IMG/VR virus record: IMGVR_UViG_3300042905_002309 | Coordinates: 1 to 64,000 of that record | Reading direction: 5' to 3' (one strand) | Length of the DNA stretch: 64,000 nucleotides | DNA from: a virus | Lineage: Duplodnaviria > Heunggongvirae > Uroviricota > Caudoviricetes | Shown here: positions 54,618-62,480 of the stretch, in pieces | How the letters are laid out: the number at the start of each line of letters is the position of its first letter | Position numbering within the stretch: position 1 is the first letter of the stretch | The notes under the pieces: model-generated | Seen by the model: the letters and a program-made list of their open reading frames with translations, nothing else | Databases searched by the model: none | Told to the model about the DNA's origin: nothing | Program-made: the position numbers and the translations under genes

Positions 54618-54627
54618 CCCATAAAAC

Positions 54628-54660
54628 AAAAAACCCTAATCTTTTTTTAAGATCAGGGTT
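54628..54660 (-). terminator. Conditional (attenuator) terminator of array 2
   Basis: AACCCTGATCTT-loop-AAGATTAGGGTT-TTTT; 5' strand can alternatively pair with TAAGGTCAGG starting at the leader stop codon. Confidence 0.8.
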
Positions 54661-54685
54661 ATAGTTGACAATATAATACCTGACC

Positions 54686-54742
54686 TTATCTCTTATGTAA
54701 GAGATTAGACCATGTTGTACTATTTTGCAATGACGTTTTCAT
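54686..54742 (-). CDS. Attenuator leader peptide of tRNA array 2 (MKTSLQNSTTWSNLLHKR)
   Basis: 18-codon ORF after CTAAATA; stop codon begins the antiterminator strand; codons correspond to array-2 anticodons. Confidence 0.8.
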   Translation of the reverse strand: MKTSLQNSTTWSNLLHKR

Positions 54743-54787
54743 ATTGTTATAATTATTTAGTATATCCATTCAACTTTTCAATAAAAT

Positions 54788-55096
54788 TTATGAGAAATAT
54801 TTAGTTACATCAAATTCTTTTAATGTTTTTGGTGGAACACCAGCTTGTTCCAACTTTAAAACTACACTTTTAGCTTGTTTAATATACGGTTTAACATTAT
54901 GAGAAAGTCGTTGTAAAATTTCAATTTTATTTTTAACATCATTTTCGATATTATCAATATTCTTTAAAACTGTTGTACCATCACTACCTAACATTTGATT
55001 ACCATCTAACCATGTTGTCAAGAAATATCTATATGTGCCAGTAATCTCTTCACAAATTAAACCCATTTTTTCGTAATCTTTATCATCAAATCTCAT
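54788..55096 (-). CDS. Hypothetical protein
   Basis: CTAAATA promoter and AGGTG RBS. Confidence 0.55.
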   Translation of the reverse strand: MRFDDKDYEKMGLICEEITGTYRYFLTTWLDGNQMLGSDGTTVLKNIDNIENDVKNKIEILQRLSHNVKPYIKQAKSVVLKLEQAGVPPKTLKEFDVTKYFS

Positions 55097-55131
55097 AATA
55101 TCACCTAATTCCTTTTAAGTATTTAGTTGCA

Positions 55132-55437
55132 TTAAATCTCAATCTTGTTCAATTCACCAATCTTATTATTAAGATCGATTAAAGTCAACTTAATTGTTTT
55201 TGATTTAGGTGCATCGACATTAACGCCTAAAACATATAAAATCTTTCTAATCACACCCATAATAGCGTTACATGCATCGATAGTTTTACCGATATCTTCT
55301 GCATATTTGTTCTTACTGGCATCCAATTGTTCTCTAGTGTTTTTCAATACAATAACACTAGTACCCAACACATCGTAAATTTGCACAAGAGCATTCTTAA
55401 TATTCCCCAACTTAAACATAGTTTTAAACCAATTCAT
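55132..55437 (-). CDS. Hypothetical helical protein
   Basis: GAAGGA RBS; amphipathic helices. Confidence 0.55.
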   Translation of the reverse strand: MNWFKTMFKLGNIKNALVQIYDVLGTSVIVLKNTREQLDASKNKYAEDIGKTIDACNAIMGVIRKILYVLGVNVDAPKSKTIKLTLIDLNNKIGELNKIEI

Positions 55438-55460
55438 AATTTTATCCTTCTTTCTTATAA

Positions 55461-55739
55461 TTATTTATCACGTTTCTTGATATTTACAAGATAATCTTCT
55501 TCGGAAACATTAAAAAGGTCAGATTCAGAGATAGACCATCTGTAATTCTGTTCATTATGTATTACACCTCTGGTATCGGTATAAACACCAGCAGGTAAGC
55601 GATATGGGCTATCTCCCGATGTTAGTGGTATGTTGGTGTAGTCGGGTTTAGGTTGGGTCGTACAACCCGATATATTTAACATCATGATTAAACCAATACC
55701 AACCCAAATTGTTGCCAATACATGTTGAATATATTTCAT
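55461..55739 (-). CDS. Putative lipoprotein (possible o-spanin)
   Basis: Hydrophobic signal ending ISG-C lipobox; GGAGAGG RBS. Confidence 0.5.
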   Translation of the reverse strand: MKYIQHVLATIWVGIGLIMMLNISGCTTQPKPDYTNIPLTSGDSPYRLPAGVYTDTRGVIHNEQNYRWSISESDLFNVSEEDYLVNIKKRDK

Positions 55740-55740
55740 A

Positions 55741-56367
55741 TTAACCTCTCCAAGTTTTATCAAATGGATCACCCCAATTATTACCAAGTTCTGGTGAATT
55801 TGCTACCATTGTTCCTAATTCCTTCTCTACATATTTAGCAATACAAGATACTTCATCACATTGTGGGAAAGTCTCTTGAACATTTGCCTTTACATATACA
55901 CGAATGATATATGTATATTTAGCACAATGTTCACATTTAGGAGGTTCTATTCCAAAGACATTTACTTCTGGTTTAATTTCACCTAATCCACCACGATATG
56001 GTAACTCATAAAAGAAAATTACACTACTATCAGCAAAATGTGTTACTAATTTATCCATACTATCGAATGAATAATCTTTTGTGTTATATGTCTCATTATT
56101 CATTTTGATAATAGGACCAAATCCTTCACCTACAATAAATATAGTTTTATCAGGATATTTTTCCTTCATTGCTTCTACTAACATATCTTTTGTTACAAGT
56201 TTAGTATATGTTTTATGTGTTACCTTCCATGATAATATTTCATTATCTCGTTTAAGCGAATTAATTTGTTGATATAAATCTTCGATCTGGTATAATAATT
56301 GATTCTCTCTATTATTAAGAGGTGGATTGAATTGTTCCTTAATTAATGCTGTTGTTAGTTCTTTCAT
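55741..56367 (-). CDS. Hypothetical protein
   Basis: 208-aa ORF, AAGGA RBS. Confidence 0.55.
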   Translation of the reverse strand: MKELTTALIKEQFNPPLNNRENQLLYQIEDLYQQINSLKRDNEILSWKVTHKTYTKLVTKDMLVEAMKEKYPDKTIFIVGEGFGPIIKMNNETYNTKDYSFDSMDKLVTHFADSSVIFFYELPYRGGLGEIKPEVNVFGIEPPKCEHCAKYTYIIRVYVKANVQETFPQCDEVSCIAKYVEKELGTMVANSPELGNNWGDPFDKTWRG

Positions 56368-56368
56368 T

Positions 56369-56773
56369 TTATTCCTTCTTTCTTATTTTACTAAATTCTT
56401 CTTGTGGCTCGATTAATAATACTTTTTCACATTTATCTGAATCTTTATTTATATCACCAATAAATCCCCATTTTTTCATTAGATATGTTTTGTGAAATTC
56501 TGCATAACGTTTTTTGATTTCCGCAATACGTTCTTCTCTAAAATTTCCAAAATAGTATTTCTCTTCGGATTCAAGTATAACTGCTGTTTTTAATCTGTTG
56601 ATATTTTCTTCTTCTGATTCTGGTGTCTTAGTATAATCTAAAACATGTCTCCATTTTTCAACAAGTTGTGATGCTCTTTCAAAATCACACTGGTTTGAAC
56701 ATGTACGAAGTATACTGAGTTCTGTACAATCTTTACCACACCATTCACAATAATCTTGTTTATAATCGTTCAT
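56369..56773 (-). CDS. Zinc-finger protein carrying major-capsid N-terminal-like segments
   Basis: CEWC..CSNQC, then RASQLVEKWRHVLDY...RLKTAVILESEEKY aligning with the gp23 N-terminus. Confidence 0.7.
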   Translation of the reverse strand: MNDYKQDYCEWCGKDCTELSILRTCSNQCDFERASQLVEKWRHVLDYTKTPESEEENINRLKTAVILESEEKYYFGNFREERIAEIKKRYAEFHKTYLMKKWGFIGDINKDSDKCEKVLLIEPQEEFSKIRKKE

Positions 56774-56982
56774 AATACTTCATTTGTAATATCGATATAC
56801 TCACCACGTTTATATGACTCATGCATTTCAATTATTTCTTTGGCAGTTTGTTGTGCGTTTGGTGAACTTGACAAATTTCGTGTAAACCCAAAACCAATGA
56901 TACCATCAGTTTTAAATATTTTTTGAAGTCGTGCTATATAATCAACTTCCGACATTTCTAAATTTACATAGGTTTGTTTCAT
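56770..56982 (-). CDS. Small hypothetical protein
   Basis: 4-nt overlaps with neighbours. Confidence 0.5.
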   Translation of the reverse strand: MKQTYVNLEMSEVDYIARLQKIFKTDGIIGFGFTRNLSSSPNAQQTAKEIIEMHESYKRGEYIDITNEVL

Positions 56983-57230
56983 AATTTATTTCCTGTATAT
57001 GGATCAATTGGATCATCTTCAAATAATTCAGGATGTTCTTTTCTAAGATTTCCCATATCTTCTAAATAATCATTACCTATTTTCTCCCAATCTTTACCTA
57101 TTTTTGCCCAATCACTAGTTTCATTTAATACTAAATCTTTAAGAGATTCTTCGCATTTTAATATTTCTACTTCAATAAAATCTGCGATTGGCTTATCTTT
57201 TAATTGTTCGCTGATAATAATTTCGTTCAT
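56979..57230 (-). CDS. Small acidic hypothetical protein
   Basis: Operon-packed ORF. Confidence 0.5.
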   Translation of the reverse strand: MNEIIISEQLKDKPIADFIEVEILKCEESLKDLVLNETSDWAKIGKDWEKIGNDYLEDMGNLRKEHPELFEDDPIDPYTGNKL

Positions 57231-57232
57231 AA

Positions 57233-57481
57233 TTAACCTTTCAAATGACTATATTTCTTACGCTTCTCACGGATTCGTTGAATCGTTTCAAAGTCGCCTG
57301 TCTGAATAGCAATCTTCAAATCATTGTCTTCTTTGATTCTATCCAATTCATCTTGCCGTTTCTTAGCTTCGGCTAAGTCTTCGGCAGTTGTCTCTTTCTT
57401 CTGTAAGATGAAATTAACAATTCGAACGATCAATTCAATTATTGCTGTTATTAGTTTCATTTTTCTTCTGCTTGGCCTCAA
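57233..57481 (-). CDS. Small membrane-anchored coiled-coil protein
   Basis: Hydrophobic N-terminal helix (likely start MKLITA), then charged helix. Confidence 0.5.
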   Translation of the reverse strand: MRPSRRKMKLITAIIELIVRIVNFILQKKETTAEDLAEAKKRQDELDRIKEDNDLKIAIQTGDFETIQRIREKRKKYSHLKG

Positions 57482-57731
57482 TCTTCATCAATCCTTCATG
57501 AACAAATGCCACAAATGCCTTATGATGATCTTGAAGTGCTATTAATTTATTACCTACATTCATATTCATTTCACTTAATCTCGCAACTTGTCCATATAAG
57601 TTAGCAATCTTGATACTCTTAGCATCCTCTTCACTAATTTCAAGAGATTTCTCTGTAAGAAGTTTTTCAAACTCTACAATATCTAATAAATCTTGTGTCT
57701 TATTAAAAAGATTCTCTTCAAATAAGTTCAT
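57435..57731 (-). CDS. Hypothetical coiled-coil protein
   Basis: Operon-packed ORF. Confidence 0.5.
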   Translation of the reverse strand: MNLFEENLFNKTQDLLDIVEFEKLLTEKSLEISEEDAKSIKIANLYGQVARLSEMNMNVGNKLIALQDHHKAFVAFVHEGLMKIEAKQKKNETNNSNN

Positions 57732-57942
57732 TTAACTCTTTCTCCCTAGTCTTTGAAGACATCATAATCGTTTTACCAATAGTCGGATGTGTTCGAACCA
57801 AATCACGAATAGCTTTTTGCATTACATATTCAAGATGGTCAAACACATCTGCTGAGACTCTTGTGAATTTCTTCGTTCTAGTGTCTTCTGCAACACTTAG
57901 AACGAATTTCTTACAAGCTGATCTATTGATGAGTGATGCCAT
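57718..57942 (-). CDS. Possible histone-fold protein
   Basis: LINRSACKKF...RVSADVFDHL...GKTI pattern; small and basic. Confidence 0.5.
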   Translation of the reverse strand: MASLINRSACKKFVLSVAEDTRTKKFTRVSADVFDHLEYVMQKAIRDLVRTHPTIGKTIMMSSKTREKELNELI

Positions 57943-58109
57943 TAGCGTTTCTCATTTAAAAGGACTTGGACACTTTGCATATAAGGTTCGTCTTGGATTA
58001 CTTCCTTGATTTGACGTTCCTTCTGTACTGCATTAGACTGTAACCAGCCCACCAAATTGCCTTCTTCAACGATCCACGTTCTTCCACCTGCCATAATTGT
58101 TATTTGCAT
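57942..58109 (-). CDS. Small hypothetical protein (55 aa)
   Basis: Manual translation MQITIMAGGRTWIVEEGNLVGWLQ...; fills the gap exactly. Confidence 0.5.
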   Translation of the reverse strand: MQITIMAGGRTWIVEEGNLVGWLQSNAVQKERQIKEVIQDEPYMQSVQVLLNEKR

Positions 58110-58110
58110 A

Positions 58111-58338
58111 TTATTTCAAACTCCCTGCTTCTTTAATTACTTGACTAACTTCATCTGAAATAGGTTTCTTAGTTTTAACATCCTTCTCAACACGTACACG
58201 TTTCTTCATGTCACGACTTGAGCGTAAAGGCTTACGAGGCACAGGTGAACTATTCTCGAAAGTTCTACCACCACACTGAGGACACTTATCCTTCAACTTA
58301 CACACTTCTGATCCATAACCACAACTTTCACACCACAT
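58111..58338 (-). CDS. Zinc-ribbon basic protein
   Basis: CESC...CPQCG. Confidence 0.55.
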   Translation of the reverse strand: MWCESCGYGSEVCKLKDKCPQCGGRTFENSSPVPRKPLRSSRDMKKRVRVEKDVKTKKPISDEVSQVIKEAGSLK

Positions 58339-58339
58339 A

Positions 58340-58681
58340 TTATGTTTCCTTTCGCATTTTTAGTATCTTCTGTTTATTAATTTCGTCCAAAACTCTTTGA
58401 TCATAAATAGTCGTAGCAGCTTTTGTTCGCAACATTGCAAACTTCTTGCCAAAAGAATTCACAATAAAGGTTCCAGCTTTAATTTTTACTTCCTTACCCT
58501 TCTGAACTTCATCTACATTCTCAGAAAGGAACTCTAATGTTAAGTCTTTCTTATCAAACTTAATAACCTTGAGCTTCAATCCGTTTACTTCAACGATTTC
58601 ATCAGGCTGAATCAAACAAAATCCTCTAGAATCTTGTTGTTCTTGATTCTCACGCACTTTAATTACATCTTGTTCTTGCAT
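58340..58681 (-). CDS. Hypothetical protein
   Basis: Operon-packed ORF. Confidence 0.55.
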   Translation of the reverse strand: MQEQDVIKVRENQEQQDSRGFCLIQPDEIVEVNGLKLKVIKFDKKDLTLEFLSENVDEVQKGKEVKIKAGTFIVNSFGKKFAMLRTKAATTIYDQRVLDEINKQKILKMRKET

Positions 58682-58682
58682 A

Positions 58683-59000
58683 TTATTTTACCTTTGGTTT
58701 TCTTCCACGCTTTTTAGGAGCTTCCTCAACTTCATTAGATAATAGTTTATCACCCTTTACTGATTTGTCAAGTTTTTTAGCAGCCTTAATAAACTTTTTA
58801 GCTTCTTTAGGGTCTTGAAGATTATTACAAATCTCTCCTAACATATGTACTATCGCATAATTGGTTAAAGCCTTTTCATCTGTAGCAATTTTCTCCAATG
58901 CATACGCACATAATGTCTTTGTCTCTTCATCTGTCAAGTCCATATCATATTCTACCATATCCACAATTCGTTCATTAGTCAAATTCATACCGTTCCTCAT
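58683..59000 (-). CDS. Hypothetical protein with KKRGRKPK basic tail
   Basis: AT-hook-like C-terminus; sigma70-like promoter upstream. Confidence 0.55.
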   Translation of the reverse strand: MRNGMNLTNERIVDMVEYDMDLTDEETKTLCAYALEKIATDEKALTNYAIVHMLGEICNNLQDPKEAKKFIKAAKKLDKSVKGDKLLSNEVEEAPKKRGRKPKVK

Positions 59001-59086
59001 CTTTCTATTAAGAATATAACAAACTTTTAAGTTAAATCAAGTATAAATCTTGCAAAAACGAGAAATGGTTATAAATACTTGTATAT

Positions 59087-59692
59087 ATGAGTGTTATAGA
59101 AACAAATTCGTTGATTGAAGAGTTGAAAAATCTTAATTCTGATTTAAGTGGTGGATTAAAAGATATGAAACGTACTACTATCGATCTAAATAGTAAGTTT
59201 AATAATTCTATTTCAACTATAACACCAATTATAACATCAACCACACCAACAACTAGTTCTATACCTATCTTACCACCAAAACAACCATTAAATATGGATG
59301 GATTAAGTGATTTCGTGTTATCTAAAACAGAAGAATTGGTAATTAATGGATTAGATACTGTTAAAGACCTTCAGCAGACCGTAGGATTAACTATGGACGG
59401 AAAGGTTATCGCCGCCTTTGCAAACGTTATTGCCGCCACTAACACGGCTCTAGCCACTTTAAATGCCATAAATATTGAGCGTAGTAAACAAAAAGCAGCT
59501 AAAGAATTAAAAGAGATGGATATTGCTGCTAAAAAAGCTATTGGACCTGCAAATAATACTAAAAATGTCGTTAATCTCATCGCAAATAGAGAGGTCATAC
59601 TTAAAATGTTAGAGGAAACATCAAATACACCTATAAAAGGGGAAATAATTGATTTGACCTCCGATGATTATAGCGTTCAAAACACTAAATAG
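59087..59692 (+). CDS. Possible terminase small subunit (T4 gp16-like)
   Basis: TATAAATA late promoter; long paired helices followed by NVVNLIANREVILKML, like the gp16 C-terminal pattern. Confidence 0.45.
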   Translation: MSVIETNSLIEELKNLNSDLSGGLKDMKRTTIDLNSKFNNSISTITPIITSTTPTTSSIPILPPKQPLNMDGLSDFVLSKTEELVINGLDTVKDLQQTVGLTMDGKVIAAFANVIAATNTALATLNAINIERSKQKAAKELKEMDIAAKKAIGPANNTKNVVNLIANREVILKMLEETSNTPIKGEIIDLTSDDYSVQNTK

Positions 59693-59695
59693 TTA

Positions 59696-59762
59696 TAGCA
59701 GTAATCAAAGAAGGTATGAACTTCTTTGAAACAGGTGGAGTAATCTACCTACTGTCCTGCTA
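59696..59762 (+). ncRNA. Structured 5' leader RNA of HNH gene, copy 2
   Basis: TAGCAG/CTGCTA; TCAAAGAAG/CTTCTTTGA; AGGTGGA-GTAA-TCTACCT. Confidence 0.6.
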
Positions 59763-59786
59763 CAGAAGTATTTAAGGAGTAATATC

Positions 59787-60392
59787 ATGAATCAAGTAGA
59801 ATCTACAAAGAAATGTTCAAAATGTCAAAACATTAAACCTTTATCAGAGTTTAGTAAAAATAAGTCACATCATGACGGATATAATAATTACTGTAAATGT
59901 TGTCGTAAACAATATTCTATAGAAAATCGTAATCAAAGACAAAAACATGATAAAAAGTATCAAAATTCGCACTCAATCTCATATAAACAATATCAAAAAC
60001 AATACGGTAAATTATGGCGTGAGATAAATAAAAATAAAAGAACAACACAAGCTAATTTTAGATATAACTCTGATATTAAATTTAAACTTTTACAGATTTT
60101 ACGTAGTCGTATAAATTATGCAATACATAAAAATTCTAAAAATGAACATTCGATTGATTTATTAATGTGTACTGTTAATGAATGGAAAAGGCATCTTGAA
60201 GTGCAATTTGTTAATGGTATGTCTTGGGAAAATTATGGTAATAAAGAAAATCAGTGGTCAGTAGATCACATAATACCATGTAATTTCTTCAATCTAAGTG
60301 ATCCGGTAGAACAATATATGTGTTTTAGATATGAAAATACTAGACCTTTATGGCATATTGATAATTTACGTAAATCTAATAAAATAATTTAA
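59787..60392 (+). CDS. HNH homing-type endonuclease (same family as 3816)
   Basis: CSKC...CKCC; MSWENYG..WSVDHIIPC...CFRYENTRPLW. Confidence 0.8.
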   Translation: MNQVESTKKCSKCQNIKPLSEFSKNKSHHDGYNNYCKCCRKQYSIENRNQRQKHDKKYQNSHSISYKQYQKQYGKLWREINKNKRTTQANFRYNSDIKFKLLQILRSRINYAIHKNSKNEHSIDLLMCTVNEWKRHLEVQFVNGMSWENYGNKENQWSVDHIIPCNFFNLSDPVEQYMCFRYENTRPLWHIDNLRKSNKII

Positions 60393-61528
60393 ATAGAACC
60401 CTTTTTCCATACCCACATAGGTTCGGCAAAGATACCTTCCTTGTCAGCATTGGTATTTGGTCGTTTAGCCATTCTTAAACCTAATGCACCTTGATATTCT
60501 GAACCTTTAAGTGTGTTAATATAATCGTTCATTGGATCACAAATATGATTAATCGTATGATTTGAGTACACATCTGATATATTGATTATCATATGTCCAC
60601 CTTCTTTTAAATTAACCCAAAAACATCGTATAGATTCAAATAAAAATCCTGCTAACCAATCATCAAGCTTCTTAAATTTCTTAAAAGATTGATCCGCATC
60701 TTGTGTATATCTCTCTATATTGAAATAGGGACACGACGTAAATATTAAGTCTACTTTTTCACCTAATGTTACATCTTCCGCACACCAAGGCAACATTTTA
60801 GCACTCTTATCTTTACATATAGAATTATACATCGTAATCTGGTCATTATATCCAGCAATTAGATTTTTATTTGGATCGATTCCTATATATTCTTTAGCAG
60901 ATGATGCATAAAATCCTGTTAATCTATCACCCCATCCTGATGAAAAATCCAATACAACGCCATTTGGTGCATATCTATTATAAATATATTTAGCTACAGA
61001 TGGTTTAAATTGTGATGCAATATATTTACGCATACCTATAGCTTGTTTAAATGTGCTCATAGTAATACTACCCGTAATCAATCCACTCCAAAAGTAATTC
61101 ATTAATGTAAGCATAAATTTATCATTATTCCATACTCTAATTGGTGATGGTGAATTAATGGAGTCACACGCTAACCTGTTATCCATGTGATAATAGTTAG
61201 AAGCTTGAAGTCCTGCATTGCTACCGTTTAGATATATAAAATTATTAATGTCTTCATACTCCAAAGGCCATTTATAGTCATATCGTGTATGCCAATATTC
61301 ATAATTTTCTATCTTTACACTATCCTCTACAATTAAATTATTGAAATCCTTAATAACTTGGTCAACTGTGGGTTTACTAAATGGTAATGGTATATTATAA
61401 ATACGAATAGCTTTTAACATTTCTAATTTAATTTGATCTTTTGTGTATGTCGTATTGAGAGCATTCCAATATTCATTAGATATATTAAATTCTCCGTCTT
61501 TTATAAAGTTGATATAATTTAATTCCAT
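60389..61528 (-). CDS. Putative amino (N4C/N6A) DNA methyltransferase
   Basis: VLDFSSGWGDR SAM-binding motif, GIDPN, FTSCPYF catalytic-like motif. Confidence 0.75.
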   Translation of the reverse strand: MELNYINFIKDGEFNISNEYWNALNTTYTKDQIKLEMLKAIRIYNIPLPFSKPTVDQVIKDFNNLIVEDSVKIENYEYWHTRYDYKWPLEYEDINNFIYLNGSNAGLQASNYYHMDNRLACDSINSPSPIRVWNNDKFMLTLMNYFWSGLITGSITMSTFKQAIGMRKYIASQFKPSVAKYIYNRYAPNGVVLDFSSGWGDRLTGFYASSAKEYIGIDPNKNLIAGYNDQITMYNSICKDKSAKMLPWCAEDVTLGEKVDLIFTSCPYFNIERYTQDADQSFKKFKKLDDWLAGFLFESIRCFWVNLKEGGHMIINISDVYSNHTINHICDPMNDYINTLKGSEYQGALGLRMAKRPNTNADKEGIFAEPMWVWKKGSI

Positions 61529-61565
61529 GTATATGACTATATCATATATGGTACACAAAGCAACA

Positions 61566-62360
61566 TTATTCTACATGGTATCTATAATAATATAATCCTA
61601 CTTTATATTTTAAGATTTCTTTATTTTTCTGACAACATTTAACTATATTGGATGTATATGAATTATTTTCCGTTGCTGTATCTTTAATGGTGTCATATAT
61701 TTTAATAACATTTAGTGTTATTGGACAGATTTTATCTATTTTTCTTCTGTTAACTGATGGTTTACCAAAATTAAAATTACCACACCCGCTATTCTTCTCT
61801 GATAAAAATATTAGATACTCGTTAGTAAAGGTTGGTGCCAACGTGCCATTTTTAATCTTTGTTGCTATTCTTTTTAATGTAGCTTCTTTAGTTTTTGGTA
61901 TACCTTTTAAAGCTTGTGATATTTTATTTTTATGTTCTTCTGACATTTTTCCGTTTTTATCTCTACGTTTTGTTGCTAAATAACACTTCATTTTTGTTTC
62001 GTCAGTATGTTTTTTATTTAAATTTATATTTCTTAATTTTTCTTTTGTAGTCTCATTATGTAATCTAGGTGCTATTGGCATATCTACATTATATCCCAAA
62101 TTACGATCAAAACTATTATAATAATTACACCAAAAGGTTTCTCGTTCTTTTAATTGCTCAAATTTACATTCTTCTATAATATCAAATTTAAAATTTTCTA
62201 CCCCATGTTTCGTTATAGAACTTTGTATATATGTAGGATATTTTTTAGGATATTTTTTATGTTCTTTCCATCTACGTAAAATATTATTAGATGAACCTAT
62301 ATAAATCTTATTATTAAGAATGTTTATTATTTTATAAATACCTGTAATTTTTGTTTTCAT
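61566..62360 (-). CDS. GIY-YIG homing endonuclease with NUMOD-type repeats
   Basis: GIYKI..N.KIYIGSS..R...H; GYN; HNETTKEK/HTDETKMK/MSEEHKNKIS repeats; start reassigned to MKTKITG. Confidence 0.85.
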   Translation of the reverse strand: MKTKITGIYKIINILNNKIYIGSSNNILRRWKEHKKYPKKYPTYIQSSITKHGVENFKFDIIEECKFEQLKERETFWCNYYNSFDRNLGYNVDMPIAPRLHNETTKEKLRNINLNKKHTDETKMKCYLATKRRDKNGKMSEEHKNKISQALKGIPKTKEATLKRIATKIKNGTLAPTFTNEYLIFLSEKNSGCGNFNFGKPSVNRRKIDKICPITLNVIKIYDTIKDTATENNSYTSNIVKCCQKNKEILKYKVGLYYYRYHVE

Positions 62361-62406
62361 ATAACTATTTATAATGTAATGTTCTAAAGTAAAGTAAAAA
62401 AGTATA

Positions 62407-62436
62407 AAAAAAGAAGAGGTTATTTCTAACCTCTTC
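62407..62436 (-). terminator. Intrinsic terminator after major capsid gene
   Basis: GAAGAGGTTA-GAAA-TAACCTCTTC-TTTTT. Confidence 0.8.
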
Positions 62437-62480
62437 GTAAAGAAAAGGGTTACTTTCATAACCCCTTGATCTACAATGAT

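Noticed and set aside
55132-57481. Complete lysis cassette
   Set aside because: A lipoprotein and a membrane-anchored coiled coil are present but not adjacent, and no endolysin or holin is recognisable.
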